A stretch of 64,000 nt of DNA, taken from positions 254,510,001-254,574,000 of the forward strand of contig OZ024742.1 of assembly GCA_964016885.1 (NCBI GenBank), in the 5' to 3' direction. Under the pieces are notes generated by a model. The model ran no database searches. It saw nothing but the letters and a program-made list of their open reading frames with translations, and was not told the origin of the DNA. A program made the translations under genes and the position numbers. Positions within the stretch are counted from its first letter, which is position 1, and each line of letters begins with the position of its first letter. The stretch is from Eledone cirrhosa. Taxonomy: Eukaryota. Positions 1 to 15,899 of this stretch are shown in pieces.

Positions 1-1439
1 TTGAAATATATTAAATAGTTATCTTTAATAGAGTCTGATCTTAAATGGTAAATTCTCTGTCGGTTTCGATGATCATTCGATTGTTTGATCAACTGAACAA
101 CCAACTCATGAAATTAACATAGAAGTGAATAGTCAACAGGTATGTGTACCCTTAACATATTTCTCAAGGAAAATCAGGATGACACTATATATAGCAAGGC
201 TGGACTTAGAAATTACAGGTACAGTAAACCTATGATTTACTGATACAACTTCATCTAACCAATTTCCCTTACAAGGCTAAAAGTTGACTCAAGGCTATGG
301 CAAAGATAAATAAACATGCTCAAGACATTATGCAATAGGATCAAACTTGGATCCACATCAGTGCAAAATAATTTCTTGCCCATTTGGCCTACATCTATAC
401 ACCAATGAAATTATACACTAAAGTTGCGGGTAGTAATTAATTAGTCTCTTATATTTATGCAAAAGTCTTAACAATCCATACTGCTGAATAGTATGTAGTG
501 TTATAGATAAGACAGGACTAAAGGTGTTCCATGTTAGTGATTTAGCCTCAGGTATGTACTGTTGTAGCAGTTACAGAACTGAAGGTGTTCCAGCTCTAAA
601 ATCTACTGTCACATGCTTTCAGACATAATGTTCAATGTGTACTTATCTTATAGACAATGACTATGTAAATTATGGGATATTTATTACATGGGTTAAACAA
701 TATAATTGTTGCACTTGTGAGATGTTTTTCAGATTTTAGTTGCTCTCTGCAGCTGATTAAACATTTTTCACAATATCTTTCATGTGTGTACTTTAGAACA
801 GAATAGTTACTTTAGCTATAATGCTGGTAAATATGTTTTATACTCCTGGATTATAAGTGCTACCAAATGGAATATCATAAATTTTTTCAAGGAGTCGTTC
901 TTTACCCAAATGATAAACAGTGTTTTATTACTTTTCTAACAATCATACATTATACATACATTATTCTGTACATTACCAAAGATATATATATATGTGTAAA
1001 TGTATATATATATATATATATACGTTTACATTCCCATTTGCCCTTCTAAGCATAACTTTCCGTATTTACTACGGTTACAAGATGCGATTTCTTGTTCAGG
1101 TACAACCTCTGATTTTAGCCTAAGAAAATATCTATATGCGTGTCTAATTTATACACGCATATATTTATTTTTTTAAATTCAATTGAGTTCTTAACACGTT
1201 GGATTGATAATGTTTTCGAATAAACTGATTAACCCGCGTGTATATTATTATTTTTTTTCCTCCTTTCGTGGATCGTGGTTGTCTCCCCTTCCCGCTTAGT
1301 GACGCTATAACACTTCCTCAGTCAAAAACTGCTGGAATTTCAAATTTGCCGGTCATTCGATGCGGGAAGGAGCAACTTAACGGACATGATTTTTAACCGT
1401 GGTAAGAAATGTTTTTCTTATATCAAGGTTTAATGGGCA

Positions 1440-1562
1440 TCCACTGATGATTTATAAGCGCCCACCTAAATATATTCTTACATGAATGTATATTAGGCTT
1501 CTACATAAACTGGAAATATTCTCCGAATTTGTAGAAAACTTATAATGAAACAATTGTTTGGA
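1440..1562 (+). ncRNA. Type I hammerhead ribozyme with branched ~96-nt stem II region
   Basis: Stem I TCCA/TGGA, CTGATGA at 1444, stem II TTATAAG/CTTATAA, GAAA at 1547, palindromic stem III ACAATTGT. Second copy at 41863-41984. Confidence 0.75.
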
Positions 1563-1747
1563 AAGAGAGATATATTTTAACTTTATTTATATTTCATAAA
1601 ATAATACAACTGGCTTTTCCACATTATACATATTGTTAGCACCCCAAACACTTAAATTGGGTTTATATTAAAATATAACCTAATGTTTGTTGAGTGAGAT
1701 GGTTACCAGTCAGAGATTAGCTTTAAACTATCTCTGTTATTGTATTA

Positions 1748-1851
<104 letters not shown>

Positions 1852-2322
1852 TTGTATATATACATACATGCACACACACACAAACACACAAACATATATG
1901 TGATGGTGATGATGATATACGAATAGTTATGCAAATCTAGAAATGCAATGTAAGTGGAAAGAAAGGTAAGTATTTGAAATTGGTATGTCAATGTTTGTTG
2001 ACAAGGTGAAATAGTGAAAGGGTGAAATTGTGAAATAAGGAAAAGGTGAAAGGGTGAAAGAGTAATATATCTAATCTGGGATTGTCTCTGAAGGGATTAT
2101 TATTTCCTGACAGATTTTCAACATCAACAACACCCACACAATATTTCTTGTTGACTGCCTGAGAGACGTACATTCCAACACAGAACACGCTACAGATTAA
2201 TACAAATACGTTGATGACCATAATAAATTGACATTCAGCCTTCTCTATCTATGTATGTATCTATCTAGTTATCTGTCTAACATTCTGTCAGTTTTTTGTC
2301 TGCCCTTCTCTTTTTCTCTCTC

Positions 2323-2430
<108 letters not shown>

Positions 2431-2594
2431 TAGGTAAATATACACGGGTGTGTATGATTGTGTATAGAAGATTATATTAATAAGAGGAATTCCAACTTTG
2501 TCTGATTTACTCGTTTTATTTACAATCCTTTAAAATATATATAATGGTATTATAATGAAATAGTATGATAGAATATTAAATTCTAAGTGTTAAT

Positions 2595-2633
2595 TGAACA
2601 AGTACTTTCATGCTTTCGCAATCTTCAGGTTCA
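2595..2633 (-). ncRNA. Inverted copy of the 4558-4596 hammerhead
   Basis: Exact reverse complement within the inverted arm. Confidence 0.8.
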
Positions 2634-3058
2634 TGATATGTGGTGACAGTCGAGTTTGCAATTTTCAACTGTAATGAGATGGGTAAATTTCCTACCTTTT
2701 ATACATTTTATACAGAGAAAAGTGGCTCCAGAATGCAAAGCCCTGTAAACTGTATTTCGACCAATCAGTGTGTAGTTTCACTGAATTACTACAGCTGATT
2801 GGTTTAAGCGTCACGGCTGGTTGAGCATGCTAACGACCAATAGTCATAGCCAACGTATCAATTGTTTTGCTTTTTGAAATGATGAAAATAACATTTTCTA
2901 TTAATCATCACCATCAACATCACTTTTATTATTATTATTATTGTTGTTGTTGTTGTTGTTGTTGTTAGTGGTCGTGGTCATAGTGGTAGTAGAAGTAATA
3001 CCCCTAGGCGTTATTATTGTTCATTTAGCTTGGGTTTGAATTTATCAATAAAATTCTT

Positions 3059-4183
3059 AGAACAACAACTCTACCAAGAAATAGAGGAAAAATATAGTAC
3101 TGACTTTAGAAAGTACATTGAAAAATCTTGGAAGAGATACCTTGACGACTGTTTCATCATCTGGACAGAATCTCTAGATACTCTGGATGAGTTCAATATC
3201 CTCCTGAATAACCTACACCCATCTCTCCAATTCACAAAAGAGATGAGTAGGACCAAATTACCATTCCTAGATATAATGATAATCAAAAACGACACCACCA
3301 TTACCACGGATATATATTATAAACACACAGACACCCATCAATATCTGAATTTTAAGTCGTGCCATCCACCTCATACAAAACGTAACATCCCATACTGCCT
3401 AGCCAGAAGAATTTGTACCATTGTAGAAGATACGAATACCAGGTACAACGCCTAACAGAACTAAGAGAATTTTTGCTCAAACAAAAATACCCATCTCTAC
3501 TTATAGAAAATGGCATACAGCGGGCTATAAAAATACCTATACAACAACTTAGAACAACCCAAGGAAGAAGAAACCAAGAACTGGTCATACCATTTATAAT
3601 GACACACAACCCATGTCACCAGAATATCTTCAACACTGCAAAAGCAAACCTACTGATCATTGCTCAAAGTAATGAATTAAAAGGCTTAATCACAGATCGA
3701 TCTTTGACTCTTAGTAAAAGACAGCCAAAAAATTTGAAGCAATTGCTAACAAAAGCAAAGTTTGACCTTAACAACAAAGACCAGTCATTCACTGTATCTA
3801 AATGCAATGATAATCGATGCGGCACATGTCAATCCATACACGCCGGTCAATATATGAAAACAAAAACTGGAAAAATATTCCCAAATGCAAATATGTACTG
3901 CAAAAGCAGAAATCTAATTTACTGCATTAAATGCCCGAATTGTGAAGAACTATATGTCGGTCAAACTGGAAATGCACTATCGGAACGTGCACGGGTACAC
4001 CGTCAACAAATCAGAGACCCAAATGTCCGTCAGATACCCCTAAGCGGCCACCTGGCAACATGTGGTCAGGGAATATTTATAATATTCCCATTCTACAAAT
4101 TACACAGCCCAAGTGAAATCAAGAGAAAAATCAAAGAAAAGAATGTTATTGATAAATTCAAACCCAAGCTAAATGAACAATAA
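3059..4183 (+). pseudogene. PLE reverse transcriptase C-terminal half plus GIY-YIG endonuclease, frameshifted near 3450
   Basis: RYLDDCFIIW, LPFLDI, YYKHTDTHQYLNFKSCHP (ORF 3030-3455); CNDNRCGTC and LIYCIKCPNCEELYVGQT..ER..H (ORF 3413-4183). Confidence 0.92.
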
Positions 4184-4557
4184 TAACGCCTAGGGGTATT
4201 ACTTCTACTACCACTATGACCACGACCACTAACAACAACAACAACAACAATAATAATAATAATAAAAGTGATGTTGATGGTGATAATTAATAGAAAATGC
4301 TATTTTCATCATTTCAAAAAGCAAAACAATTGATACGTTGGCTATGACTATTGGTCGTTAGCATGCTCAACCAGCCGTGACGCTTAAACCAATCAGCTTT
4401 AGTAATTCAGTGAAACTACACACTGATTGGTCGAAATACAGTTTACAGGGCTTTGCATTCTGGAGCCACTTTTCTCTGTATAAAATGTATAAAAAGTAGG
4501 AAATTTACCCATCTCATTACAGTTGAAAATTGCAAACTCGACTGTCACCACATATCA

Positions 4558-4596
4558 TGAACCTGAAGATTGCGAAAGCATGAAAGTACTTGTTCA
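4558..4596 (+). ncRNA. Minimal type I hammerhead in the PLE terminal repeat
   Basis: TGAAC-CTGAAGA-T-TGC-GAAA-GCA-T-GAA-AGTACT-T^GTTCA; palindromic stem III. Confidence 0.8.
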
Positions 4597-4730
4597 ATTA
4601 ACACTTAGAATTTAATATTCTATCATACTATTTCATTATAATACCATTATATATATTTTAAAGGATTGTAAATAAAACGAGTAAATCAGACAAAGTTGGA
4701 ATTCCTCTTATTAATATATATATATATATA

Positions 4731-5245
4731 TTAAAATAGCAGATTAAAGTTTAAGCAAGGAATCGCTGGTTTTGTCTTTGCGTGTAATTGTTCTCACCGA
4801 TCCATATAATGACGTATTATCTTAGTTTTTTTTTCATTGCCAGAGAACGTCTCCATGAACCACCTAATAGAATATTAGTCTACGATTTAATTTATACCAT
4901 AAACGTGGTTTTGTTTTTGCATGTAATTGTTTTCACCGCTCCAAATAATGACGTATTTTCTTCGTTTTTTTCCCGTTCTTTGCCAGGGAACGTTTCCACG
5001 AACCAAAGTATCGTCTTCCTGTCTTCCTTCGGTTGCAACGTTTTTTGAAATATTTACTTCTGCGTTCACAGATTGACTCTTTTAGTTTCAGAAGATCCCG
5101 TTAAGGGTGAAAGCAGCGATTCTTTGCTTAAACTTTAATCTGTTATTTTAATAAATATTTGCTCTACGGTTCTTATATATTTGATATATATTTATCCTTA
5201 TGTAGCCCTCTTTGGATTTTAGTCTTCAAATTTATTATTATTACT
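4731..5245 (+). mobile_element. 3' end of a second PLE family ('B') with a short inverted head
   Basis: Matches ~12000-12490; 4731-4767 is an inverted copy of ~5115-5151; (TA)n on both sides. Confidence 0.75.
5069..5142 (+). ncRNA. Hammerhead variant with CAGAAGA core (family B)
   Basis: Stem I AGTTT/AAACT plus distal CAGATT/AATCTG, stem II CCC/GGG, GAAA, stem III AGCA/TGCT. Same motif at 12308-12381. Confidence 0.6.
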
Positions 5246-5289
5246 ATATATATATATATGTGTGTGTGTGTAATTATATAATGCCCCTC

Positions 5290-5860
5290 CAGAGGATGAT
5301 CCTCCTGCTCTTCTGCCACCTCCAAGCAGACCCCTCAACCTCCACAACCTTACTCCTTCCAGCCCCCTTCCCTCCTTTAAGCGTGCACGCACCTCCAAAA
5401 TCTCATCATCTGCAGCTCCCTTCTTCCTCAACACCTTCCTTGGATATCACTCTTGCTCCCAACCCCACTGTCACGCATACAGCTTCATCACCTACAGCAC
5501 CACCCTCCATGGATCCAATGACCAATTCTTCCGAGTTAGGGACTTCTTTTGCTGCACCACCTCCAGACTTGTCTATGGGCTCCGTTGCATGCTATGAGAA
5601 GCTGTCTACATTGGATAAACCAGTCATTGACTAGCGGACAGGTTCACCGAGCATCTCTGGGGCATCTGGCTCGGCTATCAGTCCTCAGTTGCCCAACATT
5701 TCTGTTCTGCTTGACACTCCCCCACCATCTCACTGCTTTACACCTTGTTGCTTGCTCTGAAGCCTCTGACACATGCCTGAGAACATAGCAGTAGATTATT
5801 TTTTCTCACCAGACCTGGAGCAGAAATGGCCTTAATTCACTACCACTCTTAACCCACTTC
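5290..5860 (+). pseudogene. Decayed PLE GIY-YIG endonuclease fragment
   Basis: Manual translation of ~5548-5720: FCCTTSRLVYGLRCML*EAVYIG*TSH*LADRFTEHL...VAQHFCSA*HS. Confidence 0.65.
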
Positions 5861-7203
5861 CCACTAACAAACAATGCAATGCTACTTCCCCAACACAACC
5901 ACACACACCAACACAACTAATTAATTAGATACCTTCATACACATTTAACTAATAACAGTACTAAGTAACTAACAGACCATTCTCATACCAACAACTAACC
6001 ACTACTAACTCTTCTTACTATATTCACATTTTACTCCGTTACCACCAATACACACACACATACACACACTGCTCCCACAGCTCCCATCCCAAACCACTTC
6101 CATTCTGTGTGTGCCACAACCATCCCCCCTTTTTCTTCTTCCTAACCAATTCTCCTGTCACTTCCTGTAAAAGCCCAGTTCTGACCATAAGCTCAATGGG
6201 TCAAGATATTTACAAAATCATTCAAACTCACACACATTTCCATCAATGCTACACCAGCCACACACATAGACAGAAGCAATAATGCACACCTGTGAAATGC
6301 ACCCCATCTGCACATGCATAACAACAACCACGACATACCTCGACTCTTCACCTCAGCCCCACTTCAGAGTGTTGGACTACTTGACTATCGCCTCCAGCCT
6401 TCTTAAAACATTCTTTTTCAAAACTCCTGTTTCAACCTTATGCCTAAAACATCGATCTTTCTACCACTTCCATTGAAGCATGATTATAATAAGATTTTAT
6501 GTTTTTGCATTTCTGTGTTTGTTTACACACACACTCACACACACATATATATATATATAGGCTGAAACAATTTAAACAGAAAATAGTGTATCATCATCAT
6601 CATCATTATTATTGTTCTACATCTGTTTTCCATGCTGGCATGAGTTGGATAGGTTGTCACATTCTGAAAATGACAGGCTGGATGATCACATCTTACTTAT
6701 ACATTTCCTCTTGGCAAGGTTTCTACAGTTGGGTGCCCTTCCCAAACTACTTTTCAAAATATAGTGGATGCATTTTATCATAACACCATCCCTGTATCAT
6801 CATCATCACTGTTTAATATCCATTTTCCATGCTTCCACAACTTCAGAAAAGTCTGGCCCTATTGGCTACGCTGTACCCTGCTCAGACAGAACCGTAGGAT
6901 TTGTTGGGGATTTTTACAGCTGGATCACCATCTAACACCAACCACATTTATACTGTGGAACTGGATGGCACCGTCATGAGAAGGGACAGGCCAGTTGGCC
7001 ATTCTGAACCCTGTTCACAGCAGAATCATAGATTGGGAGCCGCACCAAAATTTAGAGTGTGGAATTGGATGGTACTGTTATGAGGATTAATGGGCCAGTT
7101 GGGCATGCTGAACGTTGCTTGCAGTGGAACCATAGTTTGGGAAATGCAAGCACATTTACAGTTTGGAAGTGGATGGCACTGTTATGAGGAGGGACCGGCC
7201 ACT

Positions 7204-7204
<1 letters not shown>

Positions 7205-7241
<37 letters not shown>

Positions 7242-7630
7242 TTTACGTCTGCTTTTCCATGCTTGCAAGGGTGGGACGGGTCTTATTCAGCACAGCTTCT
7301 CTGCACTTGTCACGGTCCTTCGTCATCTCCACCGTGATCTACAGTGATCTGAAGTCTGTTCTCACCACCTCCGCCCATGTTTTTCGTGGTCCATCTCTAC
7401 CATATCTTCCCTCAACTGGCATTTCTTGGCACTTCTTCACCCATCGGTCATCCTTAATGCGCATCACATGTCCATACCACCGCAGCCTCCTCTCTCGCAC
7501 ACTATATTCTATCCCTCTCAGACACAGTTTCTCTTTCAACATATCCATGCTGGGTCGTTCATGCACATTGACATTGCGCATCCAACGGAGTATGCTTGCC
7601 TCATTTCTCTCCAGCCGTCGCATATACTCT
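7205..7630 (-). mobile_element. RTE LINE 3' fragment
   Basis: ORF 7339-7623 (ERRLRWYGHVMR..GRDGPRKTW) followed by a (GAT)n tail. Confidence 0.88.
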
Positions 7631-7855
7631 GCATATATATATATATATTACTAATGTCGAAATTCAAACATAGATTCGCTACAATGATAATAGAGTTAGA
7701 AAAACGGGTAAAATACCCTTAGGGAGAGAAAATTAGTGGTTAATAATTGGCTAATGGCCACTTATTTGGATTTCAACATTTCAAATTTCAAATCATCGAT
7801 AAATCATAAGATATACATACACACACACGCACACACATACACCCCCCCCCACCAC

Positions 7856-7911
<56 letters not shown>

Positions 7912-8211
7912 CAGAGTTGGATTTAGACTTTGGGATGCTTGGGGCAGTTCCGGTTTGGGGGCTCCTCATACACACAAAATTAAAATACACACCAAACCCT
8001 CCGATTTTACATATCAAATTTAGCTTGGCGTAAATAATTGGAATTAAAAAGGTATACATAAAGGTATTAAATTAAAAAGTTTTAACCACCCTAAAATTAA
8101 AAATCCCACATGAGGGCACAAATAAATTGCTACGGCCATCGGTGGTAGGGTGTCCACACTGCAGGGGGTTATGAGCAATTGCCACCTTTTGCCCCCATTA
8201 AATCCAGCCCT

Positions 8212-8212
<1 letters not shown>
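7912..8212. mobile_element. MITE, possibly hAT-like
   Basis: Imperfect TIRs CAGAGTTGGATTTA / TAAATCCAGCCCTG; inserted in a TA/CA microsatellite. Confidence 0.55.
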
Positions 8213-8280
<68 letters not shown>

Positions 8281-8285
8281 GATTA

Positions 8286-8323
8286 CGAGCTGAGGATCCG
8301 CTAAGGTGAAACAATTGTTCTCG
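8286..8323 (+). ncRNA. Minimal type I hammerhead
   Basis: CGAG-CTGAGGA-T-CC-GCTAA-GG-T-GAA-ACAATTGT-T^CTCG in a ~140-bp island between (TA)n tracts. Confidence 0.72.
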
Positions 8324-8436
8324 GTATGGTGAACTAACTGTTGTGTAACCACTTCTACTTAACTCGTCCCATGGACTGAGTGCTCTACCACTACGGATAT
8401 TACCTTCCAGTGTTCTACCACTATATATATATATAT

Positions 8437-9170
8437 ATAATTTTTGAAGCTTGTTTCTTTCCTCTACGGTTAGCTATACTCTTTGTTGTTCTCCTGTCTC
8501 ACTCGCTTTACGCGTTTCAATTGTCCTAATAACTTATTTTGGTTATTATTGCATCAACGTGAGGTATATGATTTTTAATGCAATGAAATATCTATGATCT
8601 TCGGCAAATCACTGATGAGGGACTCATTTTATTACATGTTATCCATGTGCTACCTGCAGTATTTTTCTCTATATTTTATTACATATATTTACCACTGCGA
8701 TTCTGTGTTTTTTTCTCTCTCTCTCTTACTGTTCCCCCATTCTCTCTGTTTCTCCCCCTCTGTCATGTCAGTTAACTCTTCCTCACACTTTCACTCACTC
8801 ACTGCTTCTCTTCTCTTCATTTCATCCTGTACACCTCGAAGGCTATTTTTCTCTCTTCTCACATAGCCATCGCTCGTGTCGGGTCTGTTCTAAAAGCGCT
8901 CATATATTCACCTAGCTTATGCTAAACAGAATAATTTTTGAAGCTTGTTTCTTTCCCCTACGGTTAGCTATACTCTTTGTTGTTCTCCTGTCTCACTCGC
9001 TTTACGCGTTTCAATTGTCCTAATAACTTATTTTGGTTATTATTGCACCGGCGTGAGGTATATGATTTTTAATGCAATGAAATATCTATGATCTTCGGCA
9101 AATCACTGATGAGGGACTCATTTTATTACATGTTATCCATGTGCTACCTGCAGTATTTTTCTCTATATTT

Positions 9171-9178
<8 letters not shown>
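8437..9178. repeat. 1.5-mer direct repeat, period ~494 bp, flanked by (TA)n
   Basis: 8437-8685 is nearly identical to 8931-9178. Confidence 0.85.
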
Positions 9179-9208
<30 letters not shown>

Positions 9209-9428
9209 AAGAACTGTAAGTCAACAGGTTAAAATTAACTTCGTTTATTCATATCTGTTGTAATACATATTTCAGTGATAACCATTATTCAACAGCTATC
9301 ACCTCATCAGATAGCTAGAACTTGAACAGAAAAAACAAAAAAACGTTATTTCGGTCCTTTGATATACCCTATCCCGAAGTATAGTGTTGTTTTCTCAAAG
9401 AACTGGGGGCATATGATTTACAATGAAC

Positions 9429-9493
<65 letters not shown>

Positions 9494-9592
9494 TTTTGAG
9501 TAAATGTTGGTTGTATACCAACACCTCATTATGCAGGCTGGAGCACTCGACGAAGTGCGCTGGTTGGTTTGGTTACTCTGGAGTAACGTAAA

Positions 9593-10025
9593 ATAAAGTT
9601 AAATAAAAAGTCATATGTTTAAAATTTAGCTTCGTTTATTGCTGCTAAATATATTTCAGTGACAGCCATCTTTGGCTGTGACCTCTTCAGGCAGTCCGAA
9701 TTAGTGTGGTATAGACAAGTACATATGTTGTTGAGGTGTATAATATTGTCAATACTCTGATATGCCCAGTTCCAGGTTGGGTTGTTATTTCACTGAGGAA
9801 CTGGAATCATATGATTCCAGTTCCTCAGTGAAATAACAACCCAACCTGGAACTGGGCATATCAGAGTATTGACAATATTATACACCTCAACAACATATGT
9901 ACTTGTCTATACCACACTAATTCGGACTGCCTGAAGAGGTCACAGCCAAAGATGGCTGTCAATGAAATATATATAGCAGCAATAAACGGAGCTAAATTTT
10001 AAACATTTGACTTTTTATTTAACTT

Positions 10026-10028
<3 letters not shown>
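9593..10028. repeat. Spacerless ~436-bp palindrome
   Basis: Centre 9810/9811 (GGAATCAT|ATGATTCC); arms differ by only a few bases. Confidence 0.93.
9927..9979 (+). ncRNA. Type I hammerhead (mirror copy 9642-9694 on minus strand)
   Basis: CTGC-CTGAAGA-stem II (ACAGCCA/TGGCTGT)-GAA-ATATATAT-A^GCAG. Confidence 0.75.
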
Positions 10029-10059
<31 letters not shown>

Positions 10060-10550
10060 AGTTTTAATATAGATGAGATTCTACAGGACTAGAACTGTTT
10101 CATTCTTTAGAAATCATCAGGAATCTGGCTGTCCAAAAAAATGTTGTGGTATTTATATCTTTTCAGGTGGTAGGAGAGGGTGGGGAGTGGGATGGGGGGA
10201 GGTCATTGGTTGAAAGAAAAGGGAATTCATTAAAAGCTAATTCTTTAAGGCTATAATTTATTATTAGAGTGACAAAGGCAGAAATAATTGTATAAACAAG
10301 ATCAAATTGGGGTGCCACTACTTATTTTTAAGTTTCTCTTAAGCAAACAATGCCTATATTTCAGGTATCTATAAGGTGGTTGGGGTCGGTGAGGGTTGAT
10401 GGATTTAAAGAAAAGGGAAATTCTTTAAAAGCTAATTCTTTAAAGCTCTACTTAGAGTGACAAAGGCCAAGAGAATTCTATAAACCAGTTCAAAATATCG
10501 AGTGCCTAACATTATTGTCATGTTTCTCTTAAGCTATATTCCAGGTGGCA
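10060..10550 (-). mobile_element. HHR-bearing repeat (family D); hammerhead at 10076-10126
   Basis: Homologous to 57000-57500; reverse complement of AGATTC-CTGATGA-TTTCTAAAGAAT-GAAACAG..CTGTA^GAATCT. Confidence 0.78.
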
Positions 10551-10573
10551 ACAGACACACACACACACAGATT

Positions 10574-10655
<82 letters not shown>

Positions 10656-10792
10656 AATAAATAAATATACACATATACAAACACATCTACAGATATACAC
10701 ATATATACACATATACAAAATACATAAATACACATACTCAAATATATATATATATACACATATATATACACACAGATATATATATATATACG

Positions 10793-13792
<3,000 letters not shown>

Positions 13793-14599
13793 GGAGGTGA
13801 GTTTTATTGTAGTACAATAAAGCAATACATCTAACTCATTATTCTCAATACATATTAACATTTTCTTTTTCTTCGCACATATTATCAAACCCTTCAATAT
13901 ACAAACCTTAACTTTACATTACTTTTCTCTTCGTTAATTTTCAAATTCTATAATACTTGTCTACTCTTTCTACATCACCCCTATTTATCACTTCTCTTCT
14001 TCTTCTAATGTCTAACCCCTAATCTGTACCTTTTCTCACTCTTGCCTAACATAGAATCAATTATTACATAATACAACACATTCTTACTCTATATCACCTT
14101 GTAAAAATCCTTCGTAAACATATACATTTTTTTACGTTAGATCATTCATCCTCAATTCATTATTCTTTTCTCCCTTTCATCTAACTCATTATTCTCAATA
14201 CATATTAACTCTTTCTTTTTCTTCGCACATATTATCAAACCCCTCAATATACAAACCTTAACTTTACATTATTTTTCTCTTCGTTAATTTTCAAATTCTT
14301 TTAATTTATACATTATCTTCCAACGGATTTCAACCTCTCTATGTAAAACAATATATCTTTCTCAGTTATAAAAGCTATCTCTCTCTCTCTATCACCCATC
14401 TCTCCTCCTATCTCATCCTTCCTCATTATACTCCCCCCTCTCCACCTTCACTCTCATCTCCTCCTTTTTTTTCATCCCCCCCTCTAAATAAAATATTTTT
14501 CCCAATATCACACATCAATCTAAAACTACTTCTCATATGTTGATTTAAAACTGAACTATCCACAAGTGTTTTTTTAACCTTCATATCATGTCCTCCTGT

Positions 14600-14664
14600 T
14601 TTATCTGATGAAAACACAAATATTATTGCATGATGATATTTGTTTTTGAAATGCGCATAATAAA
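14600..14664 (+). ncRNA. Type I hammerhead
   Basis: TTTAT-CTGATGA-stem II (ACAAATAT/ATATTTGT)-GAA-ATGCGCAT-A^ATAAA at the end of a pyrimidine-rich repeat (13790-14700). Confidence 0.75.
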
Positions 14665-14715
14665 TTACATGGAACTCTTTTAACCATCTTTTGTTCTTAT
14701 ATATATATATATATA

Positions 14716-15094
<379 letters not shown>

Positions 15095-15197
15095 TCAGGT
15101 TATCAATAATGTAGTGATAATATATCGTTACGTTAGAGATGAACAGCGTACGTGCAGGTTTGCTCAACGAGTATAAATTATATTCCGGAGAAAATGT

Positions 15198-15718
15198 AGA
15201 AAGGATGAATATAAAATGAAAGTGCTTTTTTTAAAAAAGGAATTTATTAGGTATTGACATATGTTTCTGTAACAGACGGAATACCTATGTATCGCTGCTT
15301 GCGTAATCAATATAATGTTAGCAAGTATTCGATAGCAAATGTATTTAGATTTACTCATGGTATTTAGATTTACTCATGGTATTCTCATTAGAAACCCATT
15401 ATATACTTGTTTAGCAGTAAATTAATTATATACTTGTTTAGCAGTAAATTAATTTACCATCTGTCATATACTATCCCCTCTGTTTCTTCCTCTATTACTA
15501 ATATAAATACTTCAATTTTTCTGATTTTATCCAATTTATCCAAAATCTCTGAAGAAGTGACAACTGATTATACATTTGCTATCGAATACTTGCTAACATT
15601 ATATTGATTACGCAAGCAGCGATACATAGGTATTCCGTCTGTTACAGAAACATATGTCAATACCTAATAAATTCCTTTTTTAAAAAAAGCACTTTCATTT
15701 TATATTCATCTTTTCTAT
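15198..15718. repeat. Inverted repeat, ~146-bp arms, in a TA-flanked island
   Basis: 15198-15343 is the reverse complement of 15570-15718. Confidence 0.88.
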
Positions 15719-15899
15719 ATATATATATATCCTACAGAGCCCATTATTCTTCTCACCTCTTCCATGTGAAGTAATTTTACACATCCACTGTAGCATGTTT
15801 GACTGGTCTTTGTCCAGCCTTTACATATTCACTACATTCACTACCCACTGCAGGTATCTGACAATTTACTACTGAGAAAATCTCCTTGTTGTCAACAGA

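Larger units (their letters stand above)
2473..4719 (+). mobile_element. 5'-truncated Penelope-like element with inverted copy of its 3' end
   Basis: 2473-3058 is the near-identical reverse complement of 4140-4719. The interior encodes RT and GIY-YIG. The right end runs into (TA)n. Confidence 0.92.

Noticed and set aside
5212-5634. Pro/Ser-rich 140-aa ORF as a host gene
   Set aside because: Alternative frame of a decayed PLE endonuclease region, starting in a microsatellite.
15548-15600. CTGAAGA...CGAATAC as a hammerhead in the inverted repeat
   Set aside because: GAAA is absent and stems I and III could not be traced.
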